The notes under the pieces are model-generated. The model ran no database searches and was not told the origin of the DNA. It saw only the letters and a program-made list of their open reading frames with translations. A stretch of 64,000 nucleotides of DNA, taken from assembly GCA_007136405.1 (NCBI GenBank), contig SLHA01000013.1, positions 17,368-81,367 of the forward strand. Direction: 5' to 3'. The stretch's first letter is position 1, and every line of letters begins with the position of its first letter. The stretch is from Candidatus Latescibacterota bacterium. GTDB lineage: Bacteria; Latescibacterota; UBA2968; UBA8231. This document shows positions 1-9,050 of the stretch, one piece after another. The position numbers and the translations under genes were made by a program.

Positions 1-1
1 C

Positions 2-427
2 TGGATGACCGGTTTGGAGGTGGAGACGGTACAGGCCAACATCGAGAACTTCGCGTCGGAGGTGGACATCAACTCCGCCCTGTCCCTGCGGTTCCGCAAC
101 GGAGCCTTGGGCAACCTCTCTATCGTGGGCAACTCCCCGGTGCGCGGCATGTGGGAGGATATCACCATCTGGGGGTCCAAGGCGGTGGCGTACATGCGCC
201 AGGGGAAAGTCCTCATGAAGGTGGCGGGATCGAACGATACGTACGAGCCCAGCGGTCTACCCGGGGGCAGCACGCCGGATCAGAATTTCGTCGACGCGCT
301 TCTGGGCCGGGACGAGGTCCAGGTGCCGCCCATCTGCGGTCTTCGGGTTATCGAACTCACGGAGGCAGCCTGGAAGTCGGCGCAGAGCGGGCGTCCGTCC
401 AGGGTGAGGCGGAGTCGCGTCCGGTAG
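2..427 (+). CDS. Gfo/Idh/MocA-family oxidoreductase, C-terminal part (5' end lies upstream of the window)
   Basis: ORF-track frame 5..427 is open to the window edge. The sequence has the C-terminal alpha/beta-domain flavour of Gfo/Idh/MocA proteins. The real start is not in the window. Confidence 0.55.
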   Translation, partial: WMTGLEVETVQANIENFASEVDINSALSLRFRNGALGNLSIVGNSPVRGMWEDITIWGSKAVAYMRQGKVLMKVAGSNDTYEPSGLPGGSTPDQNFVDALLGRDEVQVPPICGLRVIELTEAAWKSAQSGRPSRVRRSRVR

Positions 428-698
428 GTACCCGCCACCGCATTGCGCCCTATGGAACGCGACTTGTTCCGCCTGCACCCGGCCGATCCTGGTACATCCC
501 GCTTGACGCTGCGCGTAATGGGGTGTATCTTCGAGATGGAAGCCAGTGGACCGGCTTCCGATCAATCGCCAGGGAGCCCGGGAAACATCGGACGGGCTCG
601 GCTGGGGCGCCGGCTATAACGACGCGCAAGGAGTTGTTGTTATGGATGCGCGCGCAAAGAAAGGAGGTGGTCATTGTCTAGCAGTAGTAGTCCCACAG

Positions 699-723
699 GG
701 AGGTTGATCACCTGATCAACTCC
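699..723. other. near-perfect hairpin GGAGGTTGATCA-CC-TGATCAACTCC in a 700-bp non-coding tract
   Basis: Directly visible, followed by a GTGATC repeat. Lies between the partial Gfo gene and dapF. Confidence 0.5.
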
Positions 724-1127
724 CAGGTGATCGATAACCTGGATAGTGAAGGCCGGGCGTGTCCAGTCGACATGTCCGGCCTTCTGTATGTGACGGAAGC
801 CTGATGTGACAGCAGCCGGGGATTCCGGCAGGTTTCCAGGAAGGCATCTCCGGGCAACGCCACACCGGCGCGGACGAGTGGAGCCGCTAGCAACCTTCCT
901 GTGCGGGCCGGGGCCGGGCTGGAAGATCGCGGCATCCCGTCACCCGAACGGCGGTATTCGCGTGCGGGCCGGGGCCGTGGGCGCCGCCAGGCGGAGCGGG
1001 TTCTGCGTTGACCCGGATAGCCGGGCGGGCTACTTTTCCGTGCGTCTGCAGCACCAGGCCGGATGCGATGACCGCGGCGGTCGCGGCACAGGCATGCCAT
1101 CCAACCAGCACTGACGGGGCAACCAGT

Positions 1128-1997
1128 ATGCAGAACGAATTTTACAAGGGGCATGGACTGGGTAACGACTACATCGCCCTGGATCCGGCCGGGTTGACCT
1201 TCCAGCTCACGCCGGAACGCATTCGTATGATCTGCGACCGCCATCGCGGTGTGGGCAGCGACGGTATCCTGGCCCTGACCGAACCTGACGGTGCGGATTA
1301 TGGGGTGCGCATCTACAACCCGGACGGCAGCGAGGCAGAAAAATCCGGCAACGGTCTGCGTATTTTTGCCCGCTACCTGTATTCCACCGGCCGTTGCACC
1401 CGCGAACACTTCACCGTGGATACCGCAGGTGGCAGGGTCTCTGTGGCGCTTCACCTGGACGAAAACCGGGAAGCGGCCGCGGCAACGGTGGAGATGGGCA
1501 AAGCCACGTTTCGGCCGCAGGCTCTGCCCTGCACCCTGACGGTGGAGGAGTTGATCGAGCAACCTGTAAGCGTAGCCGGCCATTCCCTGCGGTTCACCGG
1601 TGTCAGCGTCGGCAATCCGCATTGCGTCGTCTTCCGGCCCCAGGGTGCGCGTTGGAGCCGGGAGGAACTGCTGCAGCTCGGTCCGGCGCTGGAGCGACAC
1701 CCCATCTTCCCCCGCCGGACCAACGTGCAACTGGCGGTACCCATCGGCGCCCAACAGCTGTTCATACTGATCTGGGAACGCGGTGCCGGCGAGACGGAAG
1801 CCTCGGGGTCGTCAGCCTGCGCTGCCGCCACCGCAGGGGTACGGCTGGGGCTGGTTCGGAGTCCGGTGACGGTATCGGCTCCCGGGGGCGACCTGCAGAT
1901 CGAGGTCGCCGACGATCTGGATCTGACCATGCGGGGAGAGGTCGCCGAAGTCGCCCTCGGCACGCTCAGTGATGCCTTCATACGCGCCCTGCCCTGA
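1128..1997 (+). CDS. dapF: diaminopimelate epimerase
   Basis: MQNEFYKGHGLGNDYIALD... has the DapF N-terminal signature (GxGNDF/Y), and GNPHCVVF is the second catalytic-Cys region. The ATG at 1128 matches the family N-terminus; the longer ORF from 1008 is an upstream extension. Confidence 0.85.
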   Translation: MQNEFYKGHGLGNDYIALDPAGLTFQLTPERIRMICDRHRGVGSDGILALTEPDGADYGVRIYNPDGSEAEKSGNGLRIFARYLYSTGRCTREHFTVDTAGGRVSVALHLDENREAAAATVEMGKATFRPQALPCTLTVEELIEQPVSVAGHSLRFTGVSVGNPHCVVFRPQGARWSREELLQLGPALERHPIFPRRTNVQLAVPIGAQQLFILIWERGAGETEASGSSACAAATAGVRLGLVRSPVTVSAPGGDLQIEVADDLDLTMRGEVAEVALGTLSDAFIRALP

Positions 1998-3093
1998 GGC
2001 CGCGGGCGGAAGTGCGCAGATCGGCGCGGAACTGCGCGCCGCCTGGAACGAGCGGCTGTATTACTGGTGGCACTACTACAACCAGGAATATGCCGGCGGT
2101 GCACTCAAAGCTCCCACCATACACCTGGGACAGAGCCTGTCGCGCCTGGGCCACTGGGAACGCCACAGCCGTCGCCTCGTCATATCAGTACACCACATAG
2201 AGCGTGATCCATGGGTGGCCGTTCTGGCCACCCTGCGACACGAGATGGCGCATCAGTACGCTCATGAAGTGCTGCGCGCAGAGGCCGAATCGGCGCATGG
2301 CGATGCGTTTGCCAGCGCCTGCCATCGGTTGCGTTGTGAAACCGGCAGCACGGTTACCGGGCGTGGGTGTACCGTCGCCGGTGGTGAGGACGCATCGCCG
2401 CAGGAGCGTATCCTGGAACGGCTCCAGAAGGTTCTGTCGCTGGCGGCCGGTACCACCGAGCACGAGGCAGCGGCAGCGGTCAAGCAGGCGCGCCGGATGC
2501 TGCTCAGGTACAACATCACCGCTGCACAACTGCTCCGGAACCGGGTTTACGAACACCGGCATCTGGGGAAAGTCAAGGCCCGCCGGGCCTCGTACGAGCT
2601 CTGGCTGGCCCAGATACTACGAGAATTTTTCTTCACGGAAGTCATATGGGTGGAAAGCTATGACGCGCCGCAGAACCGGGTCGGCACGGTTCTGCGGATC
2701 TGCGGCTCACGACAGAACGTGGAACTGGCACAGCATGCCTACGAATACCTAACCGCGCTGATCGAGCGGCTCTGGTCTGGTTACCGGCGGCAACGCGGGT
2801 TGCCGGGCAACCGTGAACGACAGCGGTATTACGCCGGGGTGCTGGAGGGTTTCTGTACCCGCCTGCGCGAACAGGAACGTCGTATCCAGGCGGAAGGCCT
2901 GGTTTGGCTGGGAGACGGACAGCTAGTGGAGTACCATCGCTACCTGCATCCCCGCGTACGGAAGCGCCGCGGGCAAGGGGTCAGGGTTACCACAGCGTAC
3001 CGGGACGGACTCGAAGACGGGCGCCATGTGATCATTCATCATCCCCTGACGGCCACCAGCCGGGGGTTCGGCGGTTATCTGACCAGTGCATAG
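1969..3093 (+). CDS. SprT-like zinc-metallopeptidase-domain protein with a DUF2786-like C-terminal region
   Basis: HEMAHQYAHE is an HExxH motif in an SprT-like context. It overlaps the dapF end by 29 nt and the next gene by 8 nt, so translational coupling is likely. The start is uncertain. Confidence 0.6.
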   Translation: MMPSYAPCPEAAGGSAQIGAELRAAWNERLYYWWHYYNQEYAGGALKAPTIHLGQSLSRLGHWERHSRRLVISVHHIERDPWVAVLATLRHEMAHQYAHEVLRAEAESAHGDAFASACHRLRCETGSTVTGRGCTVAGGEDASPQERILERLQKVLSLAAGTTEHEAAAAVKQARRMLLRYNITAAQLLRNRVYEHRHLGKVKARRASYELWLAQILREFFFTEVIWVESYDAPQNRVGTVLRICGSRQNVELAQHAYEYLTALIERLWSGYRRQRGLPGNRERQRYYAGVLEGFCTRLREQERRIQAEGLVWLGDGQLVEYHRYLHPRVRKRRGQGVRVTTAYRDGLEDGRHVIIHHPLTATSRGFGGYLTSA

Positions 3094-5911
3094 ACGTGTA
3101 AACATCCTTCTGGCGGTGAGCGTACTGCTGTCTATCCTTCCAGCAGTGCAACCCGCCTGGCCGCAGTTCTCCCGGTTCGGCGTGAACAAAGTCCAGTTTA
3201 CCGAGTTCACGTGGCAGAAGCTGGAGACGCCCAATTTCGATCTCTACTTCTACGTGGAGGAGGAACTGCTGGCCGGCATCGCGGCAGAGATGGCCGAGGC
3301 GCAGTACGAGCGCCTGGAGCGGCTGTTCGGCCATAGCGTGGAACGGCGCATTCCTCTGATCGTGTACTCATCCCACATCTATTTCGAGCAGACTAATATC
3401 ATCCCCGGCATCCTGCCCGAGGGCGTAGGCGGTTTCATGGAATTCCTCAAGGGCAGGGTTGCGTTACCGCTGAGCGGCTCGCTCCCTGAATTCGAGCGCG
3501 TACTCGCCCATGAGCTGATCCACGTATTCACCTTTGACCGGATCCGTCAGGTACTCGGACGGCATGGAACCAGTAGAATCCGGATCCCTCCTCTGTGGTT
3601 GACCGAAGGGCTGGCCGAATACTGGGCTGGTCCATGGGATACGGAGGCCGACATGATCCTGCGTGATGCGATATTCGCGCAGCGCTTGATCTCGATCGAA
3701 CATATGCACCACATCGATGGCTCGTACCTCATGTACAAGAAGGGCCAGTCCATCTGCGCTTACATGGCCGAAACCTACGGAGAGGATATCTTCGAACGGC
3801 TGTTTACCAACTGGTGGCGCGGCGATGACTTCGCCGCCATCTTCGAGGCGGTGACCGGAGATCCGCTGTCGAAACTGGACACCAACTGGCAATACGCGCA
3901 ACGCAAACGATATCTGCCGGACATCACGCGGGGCGATCTCCCCTCCCATGCGGCCCGCCAGCTGACCACAGAAGGTTTCAACACCAAGCCTGCCGTCCTC
4001 ACGGGGACGGACAGCACGGCGTTTCTGTATTTTCGCAACACCCGGGGGTATACCCACATCGCCAGAACGACGCTTCCGGACGGAGAGACACGGGTAGTCG
4101 ACGCGGGTGAAAGGTCGCCCGCCATCGAATCGCTGCATCCGATGCGGTCCAGGCTGGCTATCGATGCAGAGGGCACCCGGCTGGCGTTTGCGGCCAAGCA
4201 ACGGGGCCGTGACCGGTTGTTCATCCAGGATCTGGGTACCGGCGAAACCGTCCATGACCTGGCCTTCGATTCTGTCATTGCCATCACTTCGCCCTCCTGG
4301 TCTCCGGACGGCCGCCGTCTTGCGTTCTCAGGAGCGGATTCCGGCGGCAAGACGGATCTCTACCTTTACGATCTCGATACCGGCACTCTGCGGCGGCTCA
4401 CGCATGATTTGTACCACGATCACGATCTCGTCTGGTCTCCGGCCGGCGATCATCTGGTATTCGTCTCGGATCGCTGTGTACACGGCAGGACGGGGCAATA
4501 CAGTCTCTTCCTCATGGAGCTGCCCGGGGGGCGTATCCTGCAGCTGACCAGGGGCGAGCACAGCGACATCCATCCTGCCTGGTCCGTCGACGGCCGCTAC
4601 ATCGCCTTCAGTTCGGACCGCAACGGCATCCACAACATCCATGCGCTGCGTCTTGAGACCGCGGAGGACAGCGGCGATCTGTGGCGCAGTGAACCGGAAC
4701 GTCTGACCCGGGTGTTGACCGGTGCATTCGCTCCTGCATGGCTCGACAACGGCCAGGGATTGTTGTATACCGGGTACGAGAACGGGTCGTTCCAGATTTT
4801 CACTGCGGAGGTGGAGCCAGAGGCCCTCGACCGTCTGGCAGCCGTGCACAGTATCCCCGCCGCACCCGACTCGGCCTGGCTGGCAGGCATCGTGGCGCCA
4901 CAGCCTGCGTACAATCGTCAGGACTACGAGCGCCAGCTCTCTCTGGACATCGCCCAGAGTCAGATTTCGCAGGATCCACAACTGGGCACCTCCGGGGGTA
5001 TTCAACTGGCGCTGAGTGATATCCTGGGCAACGAGCACTACTATTTCGTGCTCGCGCACGTGGCCGGGAGCCAGACCGGCATACTCGATGGCCTCAATGT
5101 AGCCATGGCTCATCTGCAGCAGGGTAGCCGGATCAACCGGATCTGGGGCCTTTACCGATATAACGAACGCCTGAACAGCCGGTACGGACGGTATGTCCGG
5201 GAGAAGCGTACGGGGGGGTTCCTGGAGCTGGAATATCCGTTCTCGCGGCATGACCGCCTCGAGGTCCGCCTGTCGCTGCGGCAGGCCAGAATAGACCGCG
5301 AACTCGAAGGCCGGCGCCTGGACGGATGGCTGGTGTCCAACATGATCAGTTATACCCACGACAACAGTCTCTGGATACCCACGGGGCCGCTGGAAGGGCA
5401 GCGCTACAGTATGGGTCTGGCGCAGACGGTGGATTTGCGGACGTCGCGCCGGTACAATACGACGATTTTCGGTGATTATCGCCGTTACTTCCGTCTGTCG
5501 CGCCGCAGCGCGCTGGCCACCCGGATCATGGCACGCCGAAGCCACGGGGACGTTCCGGAGTATTTCGCCCTCGGGGGCAGCTGGACCTTGCGCGGATACC
5601 CGTGGTTGTCTATCTGGGGCAACAAGATGATCCTGGCCAACACGGAGTTGCGATTTCCCCTGGTCGATCAGCTGGCCATACGCTTTCCGTTCGGGACCAT
5701 GGACTTCCGGGCGCTCCGGGGGGCTATGTTCGTAGATGCTGGCAATGCCTGGGAAAACGAGTTCGGCAGCTGGCGCGGCAGTGTCGGTGCGGGGGTTCGA
5801 CTGGCGCTGGGGGGTGCATTCGTGTTCAGGCTGGACGGCGCCCGTCGAACTGATTTCCGTTCTCTGGGGCGGGAGACGCACTGGGATTTCTTCTTCGGTT
5901 GGGACTTCTGA
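3086..5911 (+). CDS. secreted multidomain protein: peptidase-MA-like (HExxH) N-domain + TolB/PD40-like beta-propeller + Omp85/surface-antigen (D15) C-terminal beta-barrel
   Basis: N-terminal signal peptide (ILLAVSVLLSILPAVQPA). AHELIHVF is a zinc-protease motif in a Peptidase_MA-like context. PD40 repeats: SWSPDGRRLAF, WSPAGDHLVFVSDR, PAWSVDGRYIAFSSDR. The C-terminus has FVDAGNAW ... FFFGWDF, typical of Omp85-family barrels ending in an aromatic residue. Confidence 0.8.
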   Translation: MHRRVNILLAVSVLLSILPAVQPAWPQFSRFGVNKVQFTEFTWQKLETPNFDLYFYVEEELLAGIAAEMAEAQYERLERLFGHSVERRIPLIVYSSHIYFEQTNIIPGILPEGVGGFMEFLKGRVALPLSGSLPEFERVLAHELIHVFTFDRIRQVLGRHGTSRIRIPPLWLTEGLAEYWAGPWDTEADMILRDAIFAQRLISIEHMHHIDGSYLMYKKGQSICAYMAETYGEDIFERLFTNWWRGDDFAAIFEAVTGDPLSKLDTNWQYAQRKRYLPDITRGDLPSHAARQLTTEGFNTKPAVLTGTDSTAFLYFRNTRGYTHIARTTLPDGETRVVDAGERSPAIESLHPMRSRLAIDAEGTRLAFAAKQRGRDRLFIQDLGTGETVHDLAFDSVIAITSPSWSPDGRRLAFSGADSGGKTDLYLYDLDTGTLRRLTHDLYHDHDLVWSPAGDHLVFVSDRCVHGRTGQYSLFLMELPGGRILQLTRGEHSDIHPAWSVDGRYIAFSSDRNGIHNIHALRLETAEDSGDLWRSEPERLTRVLTGAFAPAWLDNGQGLLYTGYENGSFQIFTAEVEPEALDRLAAVHSIPAAPDSAWLAGIVAPQPAYNRQDYERQLSLDIAQSQISQDPQLGTSGGIQLALSDILGNEHYYFVLAHVAGSQTGILDGLNVAMAHLQQGSRINRIWGLYRYNERLNSRYGRYVREKRTGGFLELEYPFSRHDRLEVRLSLRQARIDRELEGRRLDGWLVSNMISYTHDNSLWIPTGPLEGQRYSMGLAQTVDLRTSRRYNTTIFGDYRRYFRLSRRSALATRIMARRSHGDVPEYFALGGSWTLRGYPWLSIWGNKMILANTELRFPLVDQLAIRFPFGTMDFRALRGAMFVDAGNAWENEFGSWRGSVGAGVRLALGGAFVFRLDGARRTDFRSLGRETHWDFFFGWDF

Positions 5912-7005
5912 TGGTCTTCCTCGCGGTGCCATTCACCTGGCTGCTCCTGCTGGCAGGCTGCGCGTCTCCATTGCTGTACCTTCCCAGCGAAGACGGCGAA
6001 GCGCGGTGCCGGCAGGATGACCGGCTGGAGGTCCCGGAGCCGCCGCTGCGCCAGTTGTGGCGGGTGGATCTCGGACGACCCACGATGGGCGCTCCCGTAG
6101 TGGCAGGCCCTGTCATACTGCTGTCCACTACCCATCCCGAACTGGTCGCCCTGGAACGGGCCACCGGGGAAAGATTGGGGGCGTTGAGCTACACCGGCGC
6201 ATTGGCGTCGCCTCCTGTGCACCATGGTCACCAGGTCATGGCGCCGATCCTGGGCACGGAGGGGCGGTTGCAGGTTCTGGACCGGCGTTCCGCGCAACTC
6301 GTGTGGGAGTCCAAAGGGCGGTTCAGCGCGCTGCTGGTCGTGTCCGCCGATACGCTGCTGGCTGCCCGGGAAGATGGCACGCTGCTGGCTCTGCGCCTGC
6401 AAGACGGCCAACAGTACTGGCGCGCGGATCTCCAGGACCGTGTCTGGGGCGGTCTCGCCGCGGACGCGACGACGGTGTACGCGGGAACCGCGCACGGCAA
6501 GCTGTGGGCGCTCGATCGGCACGATGGCCGTAAACGCTGGCAGGCGGACGTGGAGTCGGCGGTGCGAACACGACCTCTGCTGCTGGATTCGCTCGTCTAT
6601 GTGGGAACGGGCGCGGGTAACCTGGTTGCCGTGCACCAGTCCACCGGCAAACCGGGCTGGAGCACGGCGCTGGGAGCTCTGCCTGCGCCGGAACTCGTCG
6701 CTGGCGGTGAGGTGATCGTGGCCGGTGCCGCGGATCGCCGGCTGTATGCCATCGAGCCAGCCGATGGCAGGCTCAGATGGCGGTTCGAAACGGGTGGAGT
6801 GATCCGGGGCGGGGCGGCTGTAACACCCCGGACAGCGTATGTCGGCAGCAGCGACGGATACCTGTATGCTGTCGATCTGAACTCCGGCGCCCGGGTGTGG
6901 AGTCAGCGTCTGGATGGTCCGGTGCTCGTTCCGGTGACGCTGACTGCCGGTATGCTCGTGGCCGTATCGGAAAGAGGATCGGTCTATGCCTTTACCGCAG
7001 AATGA
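5899..7005 (+). CDS. BamB-like PQQ-repeat beta-propeller lipoprotein
   Basis: Lipobox LLLAGCAS. Repeated G-x-VY-x-G/DG-x-L-x-A-x-D-x-x-xG-x-x-W units (LWALDRHDGRKRWQ, LYAIEPADGRLRWRF, LYAVDLNSGARVWSQ). Overlaps the upstream gene's stop. Confidence 0.7.
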   Translation: MGLLMVFLAVPFTWLLLLAGCASPLLYLPSEDGEARCRQDDRLEVPEPPLRQLWRVDLGRPTMGAPVVAGPVILLSTTHPELVALERATGERLGALSYTGALASPPVHHGHQVMAPILGTEGRLQVLDRRSAQLVWESKGRFSALLVVSADTLLAAREDGTLLALRLQDGQQYWRADLQDRVWGGLAADATTVYAGTAHGKLWALDRHDGRKRWQADVESAVRTRPLLLDSLVYVGTGAGNLVAVHQSTGKPGWSTALGALPAPELVAGGEVIVAGAADRRLYAIEPADGRLRWRFETGGVIRGGAAVTPRTAYVGSSDGYLYAVDLNSGARVWSQRLDGPVLVPVTLTAGMLVAVSERGSVYAFTAE

Positions 7006-7561
7006 GCCTGTGGGGTGGGGGCGTCGCGTGTGCACATGCCTGCTGGTCTGCATGACTGTTGTCGCGCCAATAGCGGGGATTGCCGCGCCGGTGCCGGGGA
7101 TTGCCGCGCCGATGCTGGTGATTGCCCCGCCGATGCTGACGATCGCAGGACCCATGCGGTCGACAGAGCCGAATGCGGGGCCATGGGCGCATCTCCGGGC
7201 AGGGGATCGGCGTTGGCCTCTGATGGCGCCTGGTGACGGGCTCCATGCCCGTCCTTCACCTTCACTCACGCTGCCACGCCTTGCGTCCGGCAATGACAGG
7301 GCAGAACGGCAGCAGGGCACCATCATACCGCGTTCTCGGTGGTTCTACCTCGGTCTGGCGGTGTCCGCGGGCACCGCACTCTCGGCCTGGTGGAGCGAAC
7401 AACGCGCCAACGATGCCTATGACCGGTACATGCGTTCGGCGGGCCTGGCCCGGCAACAGCGAGCCTTCGCCCGGGCGGAACGGTACGACCGGCTGACCGG
7501 GGCCAGCCTGCTGGGTATGCAATTGGGTCTGATCTACACGGCCTATGTGTACTTCTACTGA
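6986..7561 (+). CDS. hypothetical protein; N-terminal region encoded by short tandem DNA repeats, C-terminal hydrophobic segment
   Basis: Long ORF. The N-terminus (IAGIAAPVPGIAAPMLVIAPPMLTIAGPM) comes from repeated GGGGATTGCCGCGCCG units. The C-terminal 70 aa look protein-like with a TM helix. Start is uncertain. Confidence 0.3.
   Translation: MPLPQNEPVGWGRRVCTCLLVCMTVVAPIAGIAAPVPGIAAPMLVIAPPMLTIAGPMRSTEPNAGPWAHLRAGDRRWPLMAPGDGLHARPSPSLTLPRLASGNDRAERQQGTIIPRSRWFYLGLAVSAGTALSAWWSEQRANDAYDRYMRSAGLARQQRAFARAERYDRLTGASLLGMQLGLIYTAYVYFY
7073..7150. repeat. short tandem repeats (GGGGATTGCCGCGCCG x2, GATGCTGxxGAT(T/C)GC x2)
   Basis: Directly visible. Encodes the IAGIAAPVPGIAAPMLVIAPPMLTIAGP tract of the 6986..7561 ORF. 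Confidence 0.8.
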
Positions 7562-8168
7562 GATACCTGTCCAGGCCTATCGTCGACCGTTGCCCCTGAT
7601 CGCCGGAGCGCTGCTGCTGTTGTTGCCGGGGCTCCTGGCCTGCGCGGATCGCACCCGGCAAAACCCGCTGGATCCCGAGGCGGACGCGCCTGACCGGTGG
7701 GTAGTCAGGCCGCTGCAGGCGCTGGCGGGTGACGGCGAGGTCCGTCTCACCTGGGATTACACCTACTACAGGGATATCAGCGGATACTACCTTTATCGTC
7801 GCGAGACCGGTGCGAATTTTCGCCGCCATCCGGACCGCCGGCTGGCGGCGGATACCACGGAGTATACCGACCTCGAGGTGAGTAACGGGGTGGAGTACGA
7901 ATACCGGCTGGATCTGGTCGTCGAGGGGGAAGGTCAGCGTTCGCTGGAGATCACCGCACGCGCTACACCTGCGCCGGCGCCGGAAGATGACGATAAACAA
8001 GATCACGATGAACGGGATGACGATGATCAAGATCACGATGATCAAGATCACGATGAACAGGATGACGATGATCAGGTAGAGGGCTCGCGGCTTCGCAGTG
8101 ACTTGCTGCCGTCCGGGTTGCATCGTACCATCACTCTTTTCCGCCCCATCGACAGGAACCGTACATGA
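7545..8168 (+). CDS. lipoprotein with FN3-like region and acidic His/Asp-rich repeat tail
   Basis: Signal peptide + lipobox (LLLLPGLLACAD). Central beta-rich region (RLTWDYTYYRDISGYYLYRR...EYEYRL). C-terminal DDDKQDHDERDDDDQDHDDQDHDEQDDDDQ tail. Preferred over the antisense all-Ile/Val/Leu ORF. Confidence 0.5.
   Translation: MCTSTEIPVQAYRRPLPLIAGALLLLLPGLLACADRTRQNPLDPEADAPDRWVVRPLQALAGDGEVRLTWDYTYYRDISGYYLYRRETGANFRRHPDRRLAADTTEYTDLEVSNGVEYEYRLDLVVEGEGQRSLEITARATPAPAPEDDDKQDHDERDDDDQDHDDQDHDEQDDDDQVEGSRLRSDLLPSGLHRTITLFRPIDRNRT
7986..8075. repeat. tandem GAT/GAC-rich repeats (units like GATCACGATGAAC(G/A)GGATGACGATGATCAA)
   Basis: Directly visible. Encodes a D/H/Q/E tail on the + strand and a poly-Ile/Val/Leu tract on the - strand. 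Confidence 0.85.
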
Positions 8169-9043
8169 TCACCAGCATGACCGGCTTCGGCCGGGGCACC
8201 GCCACAGACAACGGCCTTCAGGTGCGTGTCGAGTTGCGCTCGGTAAACAGCCGTTTCTTCGATCTCCAGGTACGTGCCGCGAACGGGTTGCAGGCATGCG
8301 AGGCTGCGGTGCGGGAGAGGTTGCAGGATCACCTGAGGCGCGGCAAGGTGGTGGCGCAGATCGATTGGGACCAGGGCCAGGCAGATGCCGGGATGCCGCT
8401 TCTGGATGAGGACGCAGCGCGGCACTATGTCCGTGAGCTGGCCCGTCTGCGAGCGATCGCCGGACTGGAGCAGCAACCGGACTGGAACACCTGGGCGCAG
8501 TTGCCGGGACTGTTTTCCGCCGAGGCGGCGCACCCGGACAGCGCGCTCGTGGAACGCCTCGTGCTGGTGGCCTTGGACCGGGCCCTGGAGGCCTTTGCCA
8601 GCATGCGCGAGAACGAAGGCCGGGCTCTGGAACGGGATCTGCGCGACCGGGTGGCGGCCATACAGGCGAATCTGGTGTCGATAAGCGGGTTGGCAGATGC
8701 CCAGCGTGATCGGATCAGAGAACGGCTGCAGGAACGGGTGCAGGCCCTGCTGGCGCCTGGGCAGGTGGACCCGAACCGCCTGACCATGGAGGTGATGCTG
8801 CTGGCCGAACGATGCGATATGACCGAGGAGATCGTACGTTTCCAGAGTCACAATACCCAGTTTCTGGCCACCCTGGACCAGGGCGGAGAGACGGGGCGCC
8901 GGTTGAACTTCCTGCTGCAGGAGATGAACCGGGAAGCGAATACCATAGCCTCCAAGACCGTGAGTGCGGAGATCAGCCACCAGGCGGTGAGCATCAAGGA
9001 AGAGGTAGAGAAGCTGCGTGAGCAAGTCCAGAATCTGGTGTGA
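8165..9043 (+). CDS. yicC: YicC-family stress-induced protein
   Basis: Begins MITSMTGFGRG, the canonical YicC N-terminus, followed by a coiled region. About 290 aa. Confidence 0.85.
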   Translation: MITSMTGFGRGTATDNGLQVRVELRSVNSRFFDLQVRAANGLQACEAAVRERLQDHLRRGKVVAQIDWDQGQADAGMPLLDEDAARHYVRELARLRAIAGLEQQPDWNTWAQLPGLFSAEAAHPDSALVERLVLVALDRALEAFASMRENEGRALERDLRDRVAAIQANLVSISGLADAQRDRIRERLQERVQALLAPGQVDPNRLTMEVMLLAERCDMTEEIVRFQSHNTQFLATLDQGGETGRRLNFLLQEMNREANTIASKTVSAEISHQAVSIKEEVEKLREQVQNLV

Positions 9044-9050
9044 CAGCGGT

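Noticed and set aside
151-681. 176-aa plus-strand ORF overlapping the partial Gfo gene
   Set aside because: It is in an alternative frame to the Gfo C-terminal domain and is Arg/Gly/Pro-rich with no domain.
708-1754. 348-aa minus-strand ORF overlapping dapF
   Set aside because: It is antisense to dapF, which carries clear catalytic motifs.
4328-7326. Long minus-strand ORFs 4328..5932 (534 aa) and 5668..7326 (552 aa)
   Set aside because: They are antisense to the confidently assigned peptidase/TolB/Omp85 and BamB-like genes. They are Arg/Pro/Gly-rich as expected for GC-rich antisense frames.
7323-8123. 266-aa minus-strand ORF with IVILFIVILIIVILIIVIPFIVILFIVIF tract
   Set aside because: It is the antisense reading of the GAT/GAC repeat that encodes the acidic tail of the plus-strand lipoprotein. 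It has no signal or context, and the plus-strand gene has a lipobox and folded domain.
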